Source: a virus (lineage: Duplodnaviria; Caudoviricetes). From it: 58,353 nucleotides of DNA. Numbering within the stretch: the first letter of the stretch is position 1; each line of letters starts with the position of its first letter. Under the pieces are notes generated by a model. It was given only the letters and a program-made list of their open reading frames with translations. It was not told the DNA's origin and ran no database searches. The DNA is taken from the IMG/VR virus record IMGVR_UViG_3300047300_000852, positions 1-58,353 of that record; one strand, given 5' to 3'. Made by a program: the position numbers and the translations under genes. This document shows positions 9,552 through 19,391 of the stretch, piece by piece.

Positions 9552-11831
9552 TTAGAGTTTCGCAAATCGCTGGAGCATAGCCGCTTCGAGCTTCTCAACG
9601 TCCAAAGCCGTCTTGCCGATCTTCTCAGCCATTGATTGCATGATGACTTTGAACTGTGCGTTGATCTGTTGGTTAATCTGGTCAGCAACCTGCCTTGAGT
9701 CCACTTCGAGCTTCGCAATTACCGTAGCATCTGCTTTGATGTTGGCTTCGATCGTAGCTCGTTCTCGCTCTAGCCCCTGCAATCGCTGAACGTCTTGAGC
9801 TTGCACTTGACCAAACCCTGCCGCCTGTGCTCTCCTTCGTGCTTCCGCTGCAATCTGCTCATCCATCGCGCCGGAGAACCCGCGAATCTTTCGGAGTTCT
9901 TCCGCGTCTACGTTTCCAGCACCTTGGCGGAATCGCTGCGTGATATCGAGTACTCCTTGCTGTTCTTCACCAGTCATCAACCCGAATCGCTCTTGAGCGC
10001 TGAGCATCGAGTTTCGTTCCGCTTCGATACGTTGGTTAACGTCAGCGAGCTTGCGTTGATCTTCGCGTTCCGCGTCCTGTGCGGCCTGTAGTTGGGTGCG
10101 GTGAATCTCTTGTTCAGCCTGCAATCGTTGCCGCGATAGGTCAATGATCTCCCGTCCGCGCTCCTCGGCCGACAATGCTGCATTGGTTTGCAGCACCACT
10201 ATTTGCTTGACCAGTTCCGCGCGTCGCTCCTCTGGAGTAAGTGCGGCCATGCGTGCGGATTCCATTTCCTTCTCAATCGCTGCTTGTTGGTTCGCTATCG
10301 AGGCTTGCTCCGCTTTCATGCGGGTAATCTCTGCCTCGTCTCGCTTCTGTAGTTCGAGGTTCAGCTTCCGTTGTTCTTGGGCCAGCTTGAGTTTTTTCTC
10401 TGCAGCTTCCGCGTCTGCGTACGCTTGCCCGGTATCGCTCTTTTTTCCGTTCTCTTCATCGAGCATCATCAACTGGAAAAACGGATTGAATCGGCTCGTT
10501 CCGATCGACTCAACAATTCCGCCCTTCGTTGCTCCTTCGCCCGCTCCAAACTTCAGCGCCTCCCTTGCCGTCAATGCAGCCGAAGTCAAGCCTGCAACGG
10601 CACCAACAGCCGCTCCGATAGCCGCTGCGAATACTCCTAGAGCACTAGCGCCAGCTTCTAAACCAATAGCAGACCCAGCACCAACAATCGACCCACCAGC
10701 CGCAGTTCCACCCATCGCTAATCGCGTCATCAATGACGCACTAGCACCACCAGCCACACCGCCGGCAATGTCACCAGCTACCCCGCTTCCGGTTCTCGCA
10801 ACTGATCCAGCCGCCGCACCTGCCGCGCCTTGAACCACTGCCCCGGCCGCCGTTGCCGCATTGAGTGCCGCCTGTGCTTCGGCCGTCAACAAGATCATCT
10901 TGCGGTATGCTTCATACCCCTCAGAAACTTGCTTGATTGACCGAACCAAGCCTGTGAAAATCTCAGTTGATCCCTGAATCCAAAGCAACGAATCTTGGAG
11001 TTTTTGAAGGTCAGTTTCCCCAACTAACCCAAGATGGGCAAAGCCACGAGCCAACCGCATAACCGCTTCGCTACCTTCAGAGATTGCGGAAACGATTCGC
11101 CCAGCCGAAGTCGAAATCTGTTCGTTCCGTCTCTGAATTTCCGCAGCGCTTCGCTCATGGGCATCATTCTCACGCTCGATACCGTCGATTGCTTCATTGA
11201 CCGATCGCGTACGCTCCCTCGCTGTCGCAGTGCGAAACTTTGCATCAGCTTTTTCGCGTGATTCGACAGAATCGATTGCGGCTTTCTCGAGTTCCGCTAC
11301 CGCTATGATCTCCTCATCAGTGATCGATTCAGCATCCGCTAAAGCTCGTTGCCTTAGCTCCTCGATAGCCGCGAAGTATGCTTCCATAGCAAGCCGCTCT
11401 TCTTCGAGGGCTTTGTTATGGGCTTCCTTCTCTCGCTCATATCCGGCGCGTGAAATAGCCTCACGTTCTGCCATCAACTCTTCAAGGCTCATAGCTTCGA
11501 GATTACGAGCTTCTTCCTGAGCTTGGGCCTGTTGTGCCCTACGTTGGGCCGACTGTTCGAAGTACGCTTGCTCGGCTTGCTGGGTAGTTGCAAGAAACTG
11601 TTGCACCGCGTCCTGACTCACGCCCGAATACGTCTGAACTTGCGTAGATGCCGCCGATGCATTCTGAGCCACAGCCGCCGCAGCAGCCGCTGCCGAAGCA
11701 GTGATCGAAGAATCTACTGCAGCTTGCTTGGCTTGAACCTCAGCCGCGAACTGATCTAGCATCGCACGAGCCGACGGGTCAATCTGCGTCCGCAGGACGA
11801 AAACTACTCCCCGTTCTGCATTTTCTGCCAT
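9552..11831 (-). CDS. Tail tape measure protein
   Basis: 759 aa helical Ala/Gln/Glu-rich protein with a central Gly/Ala hydrophobic block; follows the chaperone pair. Confidence 0.85.
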   Translation of the reverse strand: MAENAERGVVFVLRTQIDPSARAMLDQFAAEVQAKQAAVDSSITASAAAAAAAVAQNASAASTQVQTYSGVSQDAVQQFLATTQQAEQAYFEQSAQRRAQQAQAQEEARNLEAMSLEELMAEREAISRAGYEREKEAHNKALEEERLAMEAYFAAIEELRQRALADAESITDEEIIAVAELEKAAIDSVESREKADAKFRTATARERTRSVNEAIDGIERENDAHERSAAEIQRRNEQISTSAGRIVSAISEGSEAVMRLARGFAHLGLVGETDLQKLQDSLLWIQGSTEIFTGLVRSIKQVSEGYEAYRKMILLTAEAQAALNAATAAGAVVQGAAGAAAGSVARTGSGVAGDIAGGVAGGASASLMTRLAMGGTAAGGSIVGAGSAIGLEAGASALGVFAAAIGAAVGAVAGLTSAALTAREALKFGAGEGATKGGIVESIGTSRFNPFFQLMMLDEENGKKSDTGQAYADAEAAEKKLKLAQEQRKLNLELQKRDEAEITRMKAEQASIANQQAAIEKEMESARMAALTPEERRAELVKQIVVLQTNAALSAEERGREIIDLSRQRLQAEQEIHRTQLQAAQDAEREDQRKLADVNQRIEAERNSMLSAQERFGLMTGEEQQGVLDITQRFRQGAGNVDAEELRKIRGFSGAMDEQIAAEARRRAQAAGFGQVQAQDVQRLQGLERERATIEANIKADATVIAKLEVDSRQVADQINQQINAQFKVIMQSMAEKIGKTALDVEKLEAAMLQRFAKL

Positions 11832-12220
11832 GCCGCACCTAGCCCGATCATTTCCAATTGTTGATACCGAATACGCTCATCGACTTCTCGCAGCTTTCCA
11901 AAGGCTTGCATCAGCCACCAGTCGCTACGCTCTGCCTCGTTGAGCATTGAGCCACCGCAAGCAACTGAGGCCGCGTATAGCTCGATTACGGCTTCCTGAG
12001 CCTCGTTCAAGTCCGGTTTTTGATTGTAGTGCCCCTTTGCACACCCAACCGAAGATTCACAGGGCACCTTACCCGTTCGGGGTTCGTAGCCCTTCCCGTC
12101 GCGAGTCTGCTTCGGTTGACCAGTTTCTTCGTCGAAGTAGTACCGCCTGCATAGATCGCATGACCTACCCGCTAAGCCTGGATTCGTTTGCCTTAGCAGG
12201 TAGGCGCCTAGGATTTTTTT
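11804..12220 (-). CDS. Tail assembly chaperone frameshift extension (gpT-like part of a G-T fusion)
   Basis: The -1 frame from the A7 run reads ILGAYLLRQTNPGLAGRSCDLCRRYYFDEETG...KVPCESSVGC with no stop and joins ORF 11804..12067. Confidence 0.85.
   Translation of the reverse strand, partial: KKILGAYLLRQTNPGLAGRSCDLCRRYYFDEETGQPKQTRDGKGYEPRTGKVPCESSVGCAKGHYNQKPDLNEAQEAVIELYAASVACGGSMLNEAERSDWWLMQAFGKLREVDERIRYQQLEMIGLGAAWQKMQNGE
12164..12220 (-). promoter_or_regulatory. Programmed -1 ribosomal frameshift signal
   Basis: Slippery A AAA AAA (12214-12220), 9-nt spacer, 13-bp stem CCTACCTGCTAAG/CTTAGCGGGTAGG. Confidence 0.85.
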
Positions 12221-12600
12221 AGTTCACCCTCAGCCGATCCAGTCTCACCCGCTTCTAGGTACTCAGCCGGGATTTCATCCGTCGGGTTCGCTTGCATGAT
12301 GACGAAGTATAGCTTCGAAAGTACTGGGTGATTCAGCATCCGAATCGTTTCCGCGCTGAGTGGTTCCGAGAACGCCCACGAGGTCAAGTAACGCTCGATG
12401 AACCGTTGCATCAAGTCGATGAACTTTTCCGGGTCCGTTTCCTTTCGCATTTCCGCGTGCTGCTTCTCAACCGCCTTCGGATCGGGCTTGCGGTATCGAA
12501 AGAAAATATCAGGGTATACACCCTCCTTCGCCTTGCAGAATCCTGGCACATCAACACCAGCACGAACGAACGGATCTTTCCAACTCATACACCACCTCAA
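12208..12600 (-). CDS. Tail assembly chaperone (gpG-like)
   Basis: Between tail tube and tape measure; ends GELKKS at a slippery site. Confidence 0.85.
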   Translation of the reverse strand: MRWCMSWKDPFVRAGVDVPGFCKAKEGVYPDIFFRYRKPDPKAVEKQHAEMRKETDPEKFIDLMQRFIERYLTSWAFSEPLSAETIRMLNHPVLSKLYFVIMQANPTDEIPAEYLEAGETGSAEGELKKS

Positions 12601-12601
12601 T

Positions 12602-12628
12602 AAAAAAAGGGAACCAAATTGGCTCCCT
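12602..12628 (-). terminator. Intrinsic terminator after the tail tube gene
   Basis: GGGAGCC-AATTT-GGTTCCC followed by T7. Confidence 0.75.
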
Positions 12629-12666
12629 CATTGTATCGAGTTGCAAAAAAACGCAACGTTCCGTTT

Positions 12667-13554
12667 TTAGACTACCGCCTTCGTAATTCGGAATTGATTA
12701 TCCGCTTCGTTCGTGGTCACGTTTGTTTTGCGGAACGCTTCAAAGCTTAGCGGCATGTTGATACGTCCCCGCGCTGGAATCGTTGGTGCCCCACTCATGT
12801 ACTTCAAGTTACCGAAGTGGAACGTGTAAGTCGTAGTTCCATCCGACACTGCAAGCGATGCTTCCGCCCCAGCCAATGCCGCGTCATAGAGGGCAATCGT
12901 ATCGGATCGCAGGGCACAAGTAGCCTGCAATTGAACGATTAAGTCCTGTGACTCAAACCGCGTAGGCGTCAGGCTGTTTTCGTACTGGTTCTCATCGATC
13001 GCGTTATCCACCGATAGCCGGAACGATTGCATCGGGTAGGCCACCGAGTTGTAAGTCAAAACACAATCGGAAAACAGGAATGCCGTACCGCAATCAGGAA
13101 CAGGACTCGTCGGCCATGTTGAACCGTAGGTGGTTTCAAGCTCTCCGACCGTCACAAAATTCCAATTCAAATACTGCGTTTCCTGTCCAGACACTTCGAA
13201 CGAACGAATTCGCAGCTTGTTGTACTGGTAGATCGCTGCAACCTTATCCACCCATGCGTACCACTCAGCGATAGTTTCCCCAGGTATCCAGGGTGCACTT
13301 CCTGTATCGCCGATCGCCCGAGGCAAGAACCAATCGATTTCAGCCACCGAGAGATTCCCGGAAATGTTTCCACCGCTCTTATCGGTCGTAGTGCGTGCTC
13401 GGCAAGATGCCCGCTGACGCGAACCACGATGCCCCATGTGCACGCCAACAGTACGCTGACCAGCAAGTGAGCATTCGTTGAACGCAATCGCTGTACCGCT
13501 GCCTATGGTGGTTGTATCGCCGACAATCAAACGCGCCGCAGTTGCTTGGCTCAT
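12667..13554 (-). CDS. Major tail (tube) protein
   Basis: 295 aa beta-rich; strong GAGGAG RBS; own promoter and terminator; precedes the chaperones. Confidence 0.8.
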   Translation of the reverse strand: MSQATAARLIVGDTTTIGSGTAIAFNECSLAGQRTVGVHMGHRGSRQRASCRARTTTDKSGGNISGNLSVAEIDWFLPRAIGDTGSAPWIPGETIAEWYAWVDKVAAIYQYNKLRIRSFEVSGQETQYLNWNFVTVGELETTYGSTWPTSPVPDCGTAFLFSDCVLTYNSVAYPMQSFRLSVDNAIDENQYENSLTPTRFESQDLIVQLQATCALRSDTIALYDAALAGAEASLAVSDGTTTYTFHFGNLKYMSGAPTIPARGRINMPLSFEAFRKTNVTTNEADNQFRITKAVV

Positions 13555-13575
13555 ATCTCAGTTCTCCTCATTGCG

Positions 13576-13599
13576 ATTGTAAACACCTCTTGCCCACTA
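13576..13599 (-). promoter_or_regulatory. Late-class promoter
   Basis: TAGTGGGCAA-GAGGTGTT-TACAAT. Confidence 0.75.
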
Positions 13600-13914
13600 G
13601 CTAGCCGACGGAACGCCGTACATCGGCCCCACTTCATCGCGGTATAGGTAGCTTTCACCCTTCACCGCTGGAGCATTCGCGGGGATGACTTCACGAGGTG
13701 CAAACCGAAAACAAGCCTCAAACAATGCTCGTGCTTCTTCTTCCGTTTCCGCCTTGGCTAGCCTTGCATCAGCTATCCACCAGCCATCTACGATTCCCTT
13801 CGTTTCTGCACGTTTTTCGCTCTCAGCGCTGGAAACGTTTCCACCTTCGCCAAAATTCGCAATGTTGCTTTTTTCCGAATTTACTGGAAACGTTTCCACT
13901 TTTTGCTTCGCCAT
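13597..13914 (-). CDS. Hypothetical protein whose gene carries two class A sites and one class B site
   Basis: AAGGAG RBS; TAATG coupling. Confidence 0.65.
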   Translation of the reverse strand: MAKQKVETFPVNSEKSNIANFGEGGNVSSAESEKRAETKGIVDGWWIADARLAKAETEEEARALFEACFRFAPREVIPANAPAVKGESYLYRDEVGPMYGVPSAS

Positions 13915-14435
13915 TAGAGGCTCCTTGAGTCATATCTAGCCACTGTACAACGTACCGAAATTACCACCGATGAAGCATCGTATCCGCCCTCAAACGCTCC
14001 CTCAATAAACGGGGTAGCAAACTCCACATCCGTGCCCTGAATCGTCGTCACGCTGAACTTGCCCGCACTGCTTGCAGTCGTCAACGCTGCCTGACCAGTA
14101 GTCCGCAAGCTCGCAGGCATGTAGCCGTGTGACTTATTCTCGAAGATGTTTTCAATCCTCTCAATCGCTCCGAGGTGCGATTCCATCCCCGTTACCAAGT
14201 CTCCGTCAGTCGGATCAGATACCACCACCAGGAATCGATACACCCTTTCATCGATCGCGTTTTCGTGAACGCTTCGCTGAGTCTGCAATGGTACAACGTG
14301 ACCACCTGCCTGCCATGATCGCCCCCGGTTGTACGGTTTTTTGCGAATCGCAAAGGCTCGGCCCGTCAGGTCAGCATCGGCATTGAGCGTTGCGACAATC
14401 GCATCACCGAGTATTTTTATTCTTGATCCGAGCAT
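13914..14435 (-). CDS. Tail terminator-like protein
   Basis: Size and position before the tail tube gene. Confidence 0.55.
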   Translation of the reverse strand: MLGSRIKILGDAIVATLNADADLTGRAFAIRKKPYNRGRSWQAGGHVVPLQTQRSVHENAIDERVYRFLVVVSDPTDGDLVTGMESHLGAIERIENIFENKSHGYMPASLRTTGQAALTTASSAGKFSVTTIQGTDVEFATPFIEGAFEGGYDASSVVISVRCTVARYDSRSL

Positions 14436-14599
14436 TCTTCGATCCTTGTCAGGGGCCTATCTTCCTTGTGCCAAAGTTGCTGGTCCAACGCAACGCGCAT
14501 CCTCAGCACTTCGATCTTTTCTTTCGAGCCCGGAAGGTAATCCGTTGGGCTTGGTTCTCTCGTTGGCTCGGTAGTTCCATCCGAATCATCATCTTGCAT
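14417..14599 (-). CDS. Small conserved protein (PT..PGS.EKIEVLR.R...LWH.ED)
   Basis: Motif I recall from small Planctomycete proteins; needs a search to confirm. Confidence 0.6.
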   Translation of the reverse strand: MQDDDSDGTTEPTREPSPTDYLPGSKEKIEVLRMRVALDQQLWHKEDRPLTRIEECSDQE

Positions 14600-14600
14600 T

Positions 14601-15044
14601 TTACCCGCTCAATCGTTCGAGGACTCCATCCGCGAACAGTTCCGTGATTACCTCAACATCCGATCCGATCATCCACACGAACGGCCTTGCCGGTATTCTA
14701 CTCGTTCCGTACTGTTGCCAAGGCGCATAAAACAAATCGGTTCCTATCGTCAACGATGACGAAGTGAGCTGTTCTATCCTGTTCGCTCCGCTGCGACTTT
14801 CAAGGGATAAAATCATCGCCCCCGTCCACATCAACAGAGGATGCGGGCCCATCCGCCGAATCGTGTACGCTGCGTGCTCTCTCCAGGGTGTACCATCAGG
14901 GCCAGTCCTTCGATCAAAGTTGCTTCCGAAAGATTCGTTAACCGGTTCGATCAACGAATTAAACACAGGCGCAAAGTCCATGCCGAAAAGCTCATCAGCA
15001 AATTCGCGGAACCCCTGAGACGCCTCTGATGCAAGGAAATCCAT
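14601..15044 (-). CDS. Virion morphogenesis / tail completion protein (P2 gpS-like)
   Basis: PDGTPW, LMWTG, IGT..FYAPWQQYGT..IPARPF; start set at the TAATG overlap. Confidence 0.85.
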   Translation of the reverse strand: MDFLASEASQGFREFADELFGMDFAPVFNSLIEPVNESFGSNFDRRTGPDGTPWREHAAYTIRRMGPHPLLMWTGAMILSLESRSGANRIEQLTSSSLTIGTDLFYAPWQQYGTSRIPARPFVWMIGSDVEVITELFADGVLERLSG

Positions 15045-15490
15045 TACTGTACCTTGGTACTCTTTCGACACACGCAACGCCACTGAGACAAGTCCTCAGT
15101 GCGTCGGTATGACTTGATGATCCAGTCGAAGTCGAACGCGTCGAACTTATCACCAATCGCAGGTTCGATGATTACGTTCAGGGTATCTACTAGCGTTTCC
15201 GCCCACACAACGAACGTGATATCCGTAGGCTCATAACCAAACGTCGATGCAGCAATCGCAATCTCGCGGTCCGTCAATGCCGATCGCTTGGCCTTGCATA
15301 CGTTCGCCGATGCCGTTTGCGTTGTGACGCGCTGAGGCCCGAACGCGAAGTTCAGATTCTCGATGCCCTCAAGGTACTGCCAATCGTCCTGGTAATCGAC
15401 AGACAGCAAGTTCGGGACGGTCCCACTTCCCGGAGTAGAGGAACCACCCGAGCAACCGAAGAACGCACAAAACGTTGTCACTACTGCCAT
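15044..15490 (-). CDS. Head-closure-like protein
   Basis: Position and a C-terminal W.C.C beta strand; start moved to ATG 15490. Confidence 0.5.
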   Translation of the reverse strand: MAVVTTFCAFFGCSGGSSTPGSGTVPNLLSVDYQDDWQYLEGIENLNFAFGPQRVTTQTASANVCKAKRSALTDREIAIAASTFGYEPTDITFVVWAETLVDTLNVIIEPAIGDKFDAFDFDWIIKSYRRTEDLSQWRCVCRKSTKVQ

Positions 15491-15492
15491 GA

Positions 15493-16872
15493 TTATACCT
15501 TCGTCACCGTCACGTTGATCTGGTTCGCCGGTGAAGTCCAAACCTGGGTGTCACCGTACTTGAACAGGTTCTGAGTCTGAGTACTGATCGCAAACAATGC
15601 ACCTGACGAAAGGCTGATAATGTTACCGGAAGCATCGAATCCGAGGATCGATCGGATCGCGGTCTTTTCGTTTGCAGTCCAGTCACTCGCACCACCTCCA
15701 CCGGAAGGGGCGTTGACTAGTGAAGCAGCGGTTAATTCCCATCCGCTCGCACCGTCGCTCTCAATCATCGAAAACAGTTGCCGAAGAACATACCCCACGT
15801 CGCCCGCGTCGTAGGTTGATGTAGACGTTGCTCTACCGAGCGTTGCATCAGCAATAGCTGCCAATGCCGTTGCGTCAAAGTCACCCGCGACGATAACACC
15901 AGGTTGTAGTTCGTGGATATCCGCCGCGATATGACCAGCACCAGCCCCGACCACCTTAACAGAGCGGTTGTTATCGTCGCTTATCAATACATGCTTACCA
16001 AAGCTGTTTGTGGGCCATGTAGTAGTCGTCAGTTGTGACCACACAAGTATTGCGATTGCCTCATCTAAAGCATTCGCAGTGAGTGCCTGACTACCAAGCT
16101 CATCGACCGTACCGACTCTTGTGATCTCGCCAGTTGGTTGTACTCCAAGATTCCCGAAGTTCGCTGGAAACGTTACGCCTGAAATTGATCCAACATTACC
16201 TACTACGTTTCCGCCGACATTACCAACCACGGAACCCACTGAGCCGGTTACGTTGCCGGCAACGCTGCCAGCAACTGAGCCAACCGAACCGTTTACGTTT
16301 CCTCCCATGTTTCCGATCACTGACCCGACCGAACCCACCACGTTGCCCGATACGCTTGCTACTTGCTGCCCGACGCTGATCGTCGTGTTAGTAAGGGCTA
16401 GCGTTGCCGTTGGATTGTCAACGTTTGCTAGGTCGATCCCCGCGTTGCCGTTTGCTGTCACATCTAGCGTGCGACCTGATGCCGTTGGCTTCAATGCACC
16501 GAACGCATCGACTTGGTAATCGACAGCGTCAAGCTCGATCTCAATATCGACCGGGTGCATATTCGCTGCACCTCGCAAGCATACTTCGACGAATCGCACA
16601 CCAGCCGCAACCGCAGCATCCGGAATATCGATCTCATATCGACCTGCCCTAGCACCATTGGCCACAATGCCGCCGCTAGTGTAAGTGCCAAGCGTCTTTG
16701 ATACCGGAGTAACCGAAGTCCACGTCGATTGACCCGCTCGGCGATACTCAAAAATCAGTCCGCTGCTAGTGTGCGTAATGCCGCTCAAGCCAGTTCCATT
16801 GGTCGAGGTATTGTCATACACGATTACAGACAGGGAAAACGATGTTGTGCCTGCTTTGATTTTGCGTTTCAC
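15493..16872 (-). CDS. Virion fibre-like protein with GSVxGNV repeats
   Basis: Tandem G-[S/N]-V-x repeats at about 16190-16360; start moved to GTG 16872. Confidence 0.65.
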   Translation of the reverse strand: MKRKIKAGTTSFSLSVIVYDNTSTNGTGLSGITHTSSGLIFEYRRAGQSTWTSVTPVSKTLGTYTSGGIVANGARAGRYEIDIPDAAVAAGVRFVEVCLRGAANMHPVDIEIELDAVDYQVDAFGALKPTASGRTLDVTANGNAGIDLANVDNPTATLALTNTTISVGQQVASVSGNVVGSVGSVIGNMGGNVNGSVGSVAGSVAGNVTGSVGSVVGNVGGNVVGNVGSISGVTFPANFGNLGVQPTGEITRVGTVDELGSQALTANALDEAIAILVWSQLTTTTWPTNSFGKHVLISDDNNRSVKVVGAGAGHIAADIHELQPGVIVAGDFDATALAAIADATLGRATSTSTYDAGDVGYVLRQLFSMIESDGASGWELTAASLVNAPSGGGGASDWTANEKTAIRSILGFDASGNIISLSSGALFAISTQTQNLFKYGDTQVWTSPANQINVTVTKV

Positions 16873-17534
16873 TAATCCATTCCCCCATTCATGCCAGGCC
16901 GAAAAAACATCGCACCGCCACCGCTGAAGCCGTATCCCGTTTGCTCTGTTAGGCAAAGCATCACCGTACGAAACAAAACCGAAGTTGCCATCGTCAATGT
17001 AGTGTTAGCCCAAACTGTCGCTCGAGCTAGTTGATACTTTGCACATACTTGATAGTTCGTTCCGTCGCCCTGTTCAAATAAGTTCGTCAACGCTCCAAGC
17101 GTCTGCCCAAGGTTGTTTGTCGATGAGCGGTTGTGACCGTAGGCAAGCAAAACATTGTCTTCGCTGTCAGTTCTGAAGGTACCAGCCGTTTGTGCCGTCC
17201 AGTTCATGTTCGTCGAAGTACCCGTACTCGTGGAGAGAAACCAAGGCCAAACGATTGTATTCGCCGACCCGCTCCACACAGTGACGCTAACGTGATCCGC
17301 GTTAGTCCAAGTGCCAAAAGTTTCAGCGTTACTTTGAGCGTACTTGTAGTAGACCGCAATCGCCGAAGTGGTTGCACCCGCTGACCAAAGCGAAGTCCAT
17401 CCAGCAGGTTTCGTCGGGACGGTTGCCGCGTTATCATTCGTTGCAATGCCAACGAGCAGATTTCCCGTCGAATGAGTAGGCATCGTCAGGGTATCACTCA
17501 ACGCTTGAGCGTTCGAAACTAGGCTGATACTCAC
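16872..17534 (-). CDS. Virion structural/adhesion-like protein
   Basis: Thr-rich beta protein with a P.GWT motif; GTGA coupling. Confidence 0.6.
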   Translation of the reverse strand: MSISLVSNAQALSDTLTMPTHSTGNLLVGIATNDNAATVPTKPAGWTSLWSAGATTSAIAVYYKYAQSNAETFGTWTNADHVSVTVWSGSANTIVWPWFLSTSTGTSTNMNWTAQTAGTFRTDSEDNVLLAYGHNRSSTNNLGQTLGALTNLFEQGDGTNYQVCAKYQLARATVWANTTLTMATSVLFRTVMLCLTEQTGYGFSGGGAMFFRPGMNGGMD

Positions 17535-18031
17535 AGTTGAGGTTCCGGTGTAGGAGGTCCAGGCCAATTGTCCCAGTCATTCATGTTATCGTTAAACCGC
17601 TTCCGGCTTACAGCTTTTCCAGCATCACGCAAGATTTCAACGCGCATGATTTCAGCCGTAGCAATGATCGCTGCTGAATCTTCTTGCACTCCAAAATTCT
17701 GGCACAAACTCTTATTGTACCTCGTCGCTTTGGCAAGCTTGATCATGTCTGGATCACCTGATGCGAGCATCATGCTGTTCACCGCCAAGTCACCAAAAGG
17801 TGCTTTACTGCCGGTGATCGCATCAGCAACCCATGCAAAGTTAGTCAGCCTGATTCGCTCTAGTAGTGGAGTAACGTTTTCCGCACCGATCACCGATGCA
17901 ACGCCAAACGATGACCACCACTCAGGGTCAGCGTACGGAATCGTTTTCGCCGTAGCTTCTGCGACGATCTCCGCGTCCGTCTTTCCCTGCCAATCTTCGA
18001 TCGAACTGATCACCGAACGATATCCGCTCAT
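17531..18031 (-). CDS. Hypothetical protein
   Basis: ATGA coupling with the desaturase gene. Confidence 0.65.
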   Translation of the reverse strand: MSGYRSVISSIEDWQGKTDAEIVAEATAKTIPYADPEWWSSFGVASVIGAENVTPLLERIRLTNFAWVADAITGSKAPFGDLAVNSMMLASGDPDMIKLAKATRYNKSLCQNFGVQEDSAAIIATAEIMRVEILRDAGKAVSRKRFNDNMNDWDNWPGPPTPEPQL

Positions 18032-18546
18032 ACCTTTGGCCTCACACCTAAAAAGCTTGCAACGAGCCATTCCAGGGCGTACCAAAATCTTGCTCTATCC
18101 AACCACGGATTGAGTACGTCAGACATCACACAGTACCGACAATCGAAGGGCGCTTTATGGTGCTGAGCATGGCTCCGAGGGGATTGAAGCAAACCAGTTT
18201 CCTGCATCGCCTCGATGAACCAATTCAAACGGCCCTTCTGATGCCCCCAGCCGTGTACCTCGTTCGCTTGGCTCAGGAACGCGAACGTCAACCAAGCCGA
18301 CGAACCATACCACAAGCACAAGCAGCAGACAGCCATCGAAGGAATGATCGTCGTTGAGTTGCGTTGCCAGTAACTACCTTCGAGAAACGCAAGCGGTCGA
18401 GAGTGATGCAACTTGTTCGGACCACCGACCAAAGCGCCGATGAATGGCGTATGCTCATCCGTGTACCTATCTTCCCACCAGTGCACAAAACCGGCGATGA
18501 AGTCAGCAGCAAGCCAAGATAAAAGAACCCAGCCAATCCAATCCAT
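18028..18546 (-). CDS. CarF/TMEM189 (PEDS1)-family lipid desaturase
   Basis: ADF..G.VHW.ED, HH, NEVH.W.H, Q..H..HH..PF...YC...LNP.LD histidine boxes. Confidence 0.85.
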   Translation of the reverse strand: MDWIGWVLLSWLAADFIAGFVHWWEDRYTDEHTPFIGALVGGPNKLHHSRPLAFLEGSYWQRNSTTIIPSMAVCCLCLWYGSSAWLTFAFLSQANEVHGWGHQKGRLNWFIEAMQETGLLQSPRSHAQHHKAPFDCRYCVMSDVLNPWLDRARFWYALEWLVASFLGVRPKV

Positions 18547-18558
18547 GATGCCCCCGTT

Positions 18559-19044
18559 TCACCGCAGAACCTCTGCAAGACGCTCCACGGACATATAACC
18601 CGATACCTCAACGCTCCGGGCGCAGTCGGTGACAAGGAAGTGAGGCACTCGACTGTACCGATACTCGGTATCCTCACTCAACGCGATTCTCCATCCCAAG
18701 CGACGAAACCTTTCAGCTTCTTGCCCGAGCCATCGCTTACATTGCACACAATCCGACCGCGTGAACATGATGATTTCAGGCACCACATCAGACGCAGCGG
18801 AACCGGGATTGTTGCCGTTCTTCTTTCGCTCCGCGAGCATCTCTTCGTAGGCTTGACGCATCGCATCAATCAAGCGTTCCATATCGTCAGGGCTGGACGC
18901 TTTCCCTGCGTTTTCATTGGTTGCGCCACTCATCCACCTGGAAACGTTTCCACCTTGCGTACCGAGTCCATAGCCCAAAGCTACGCAAAGTAGCAAGGCA
19001 ATCAGGCCACCGACAGCAAAAAAAGGAACGTTGTGTTTTTCCAT
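18559..19044 (-). CDS. Membrane-anchored thioredoxin/glutaredoxin-like protein
   Basis: N-terminal TM segment; MFTRSDCVQC, VPHF and SGY motifs. Confidence 0.75.
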   Translation of the reverse strand: MEKHNVPFFAVGGLIALLLCVALGYGLGTQGGNVSRWMSGATNENAGKASSPDDMERLIDAMRQAYEEMLAERKKNGNNPGSAASDVVPEIIMFTRSDCVQCKRWLGQEAERFRRLGWRIALSEDTEYRYSRVPHFLVTDCARSVEVSGYMSVERLAEVLR

Positions 19045-19391
19045 TATCGTACTTCGCGGAAATGAAGGAATAGCGGCATCGCTTGGGATTGAGCGCTTGC
19101 GGTCTTAACGCGAATCAATGCCGTATATCCTCGATGCGATGCAAGGAAGATTGCACTGTTCACAGGAACGAATCGAGCCGTTGAACTCATGTTAGTTGCA
19201 TGGGCCGTTGTCGAATCAACTCCGAACACGGTTAGCCACGTCAGGCCGGCATCGTAGGACACTTCGTACCCTGCGCTAGCACCGGTGAATCCAGCGCCGC
19301 AGCTTATCGCACAAAGCACCTCACCCTCAGGGATCGGGATTGAATTACTGGTATCTACGCCGATCGGTACCGTTACTTGCACGCGGTTCAT
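19044..19391 (-). CDS. Hypothetical virion protein
   Basis: Coupled ORF in the head-tail region. Confidence 0.6.
   Translation of the reverse strand: MNRVQVTVPIGVDTSNSIPIPEGEVLCAISCGAGFTGASAGYEVSYDAGLTWLTVFGVDSTTAHATNMSSTARFVPVNSAIFLASHRGYTALIRVKTASAQSQAMPLFLHFREVR

Noticed and set aside
9536-9718. Alternate-frame minus-strand ORFs overlapping real genes (also 27563..27820, 33672..34007, 45125..45391, 48116..48379)
   Set aside because: They overlap better-supported CDSs and have no motifs; 48116..48379 and 27136..27387 may be real but were too uncertain to call
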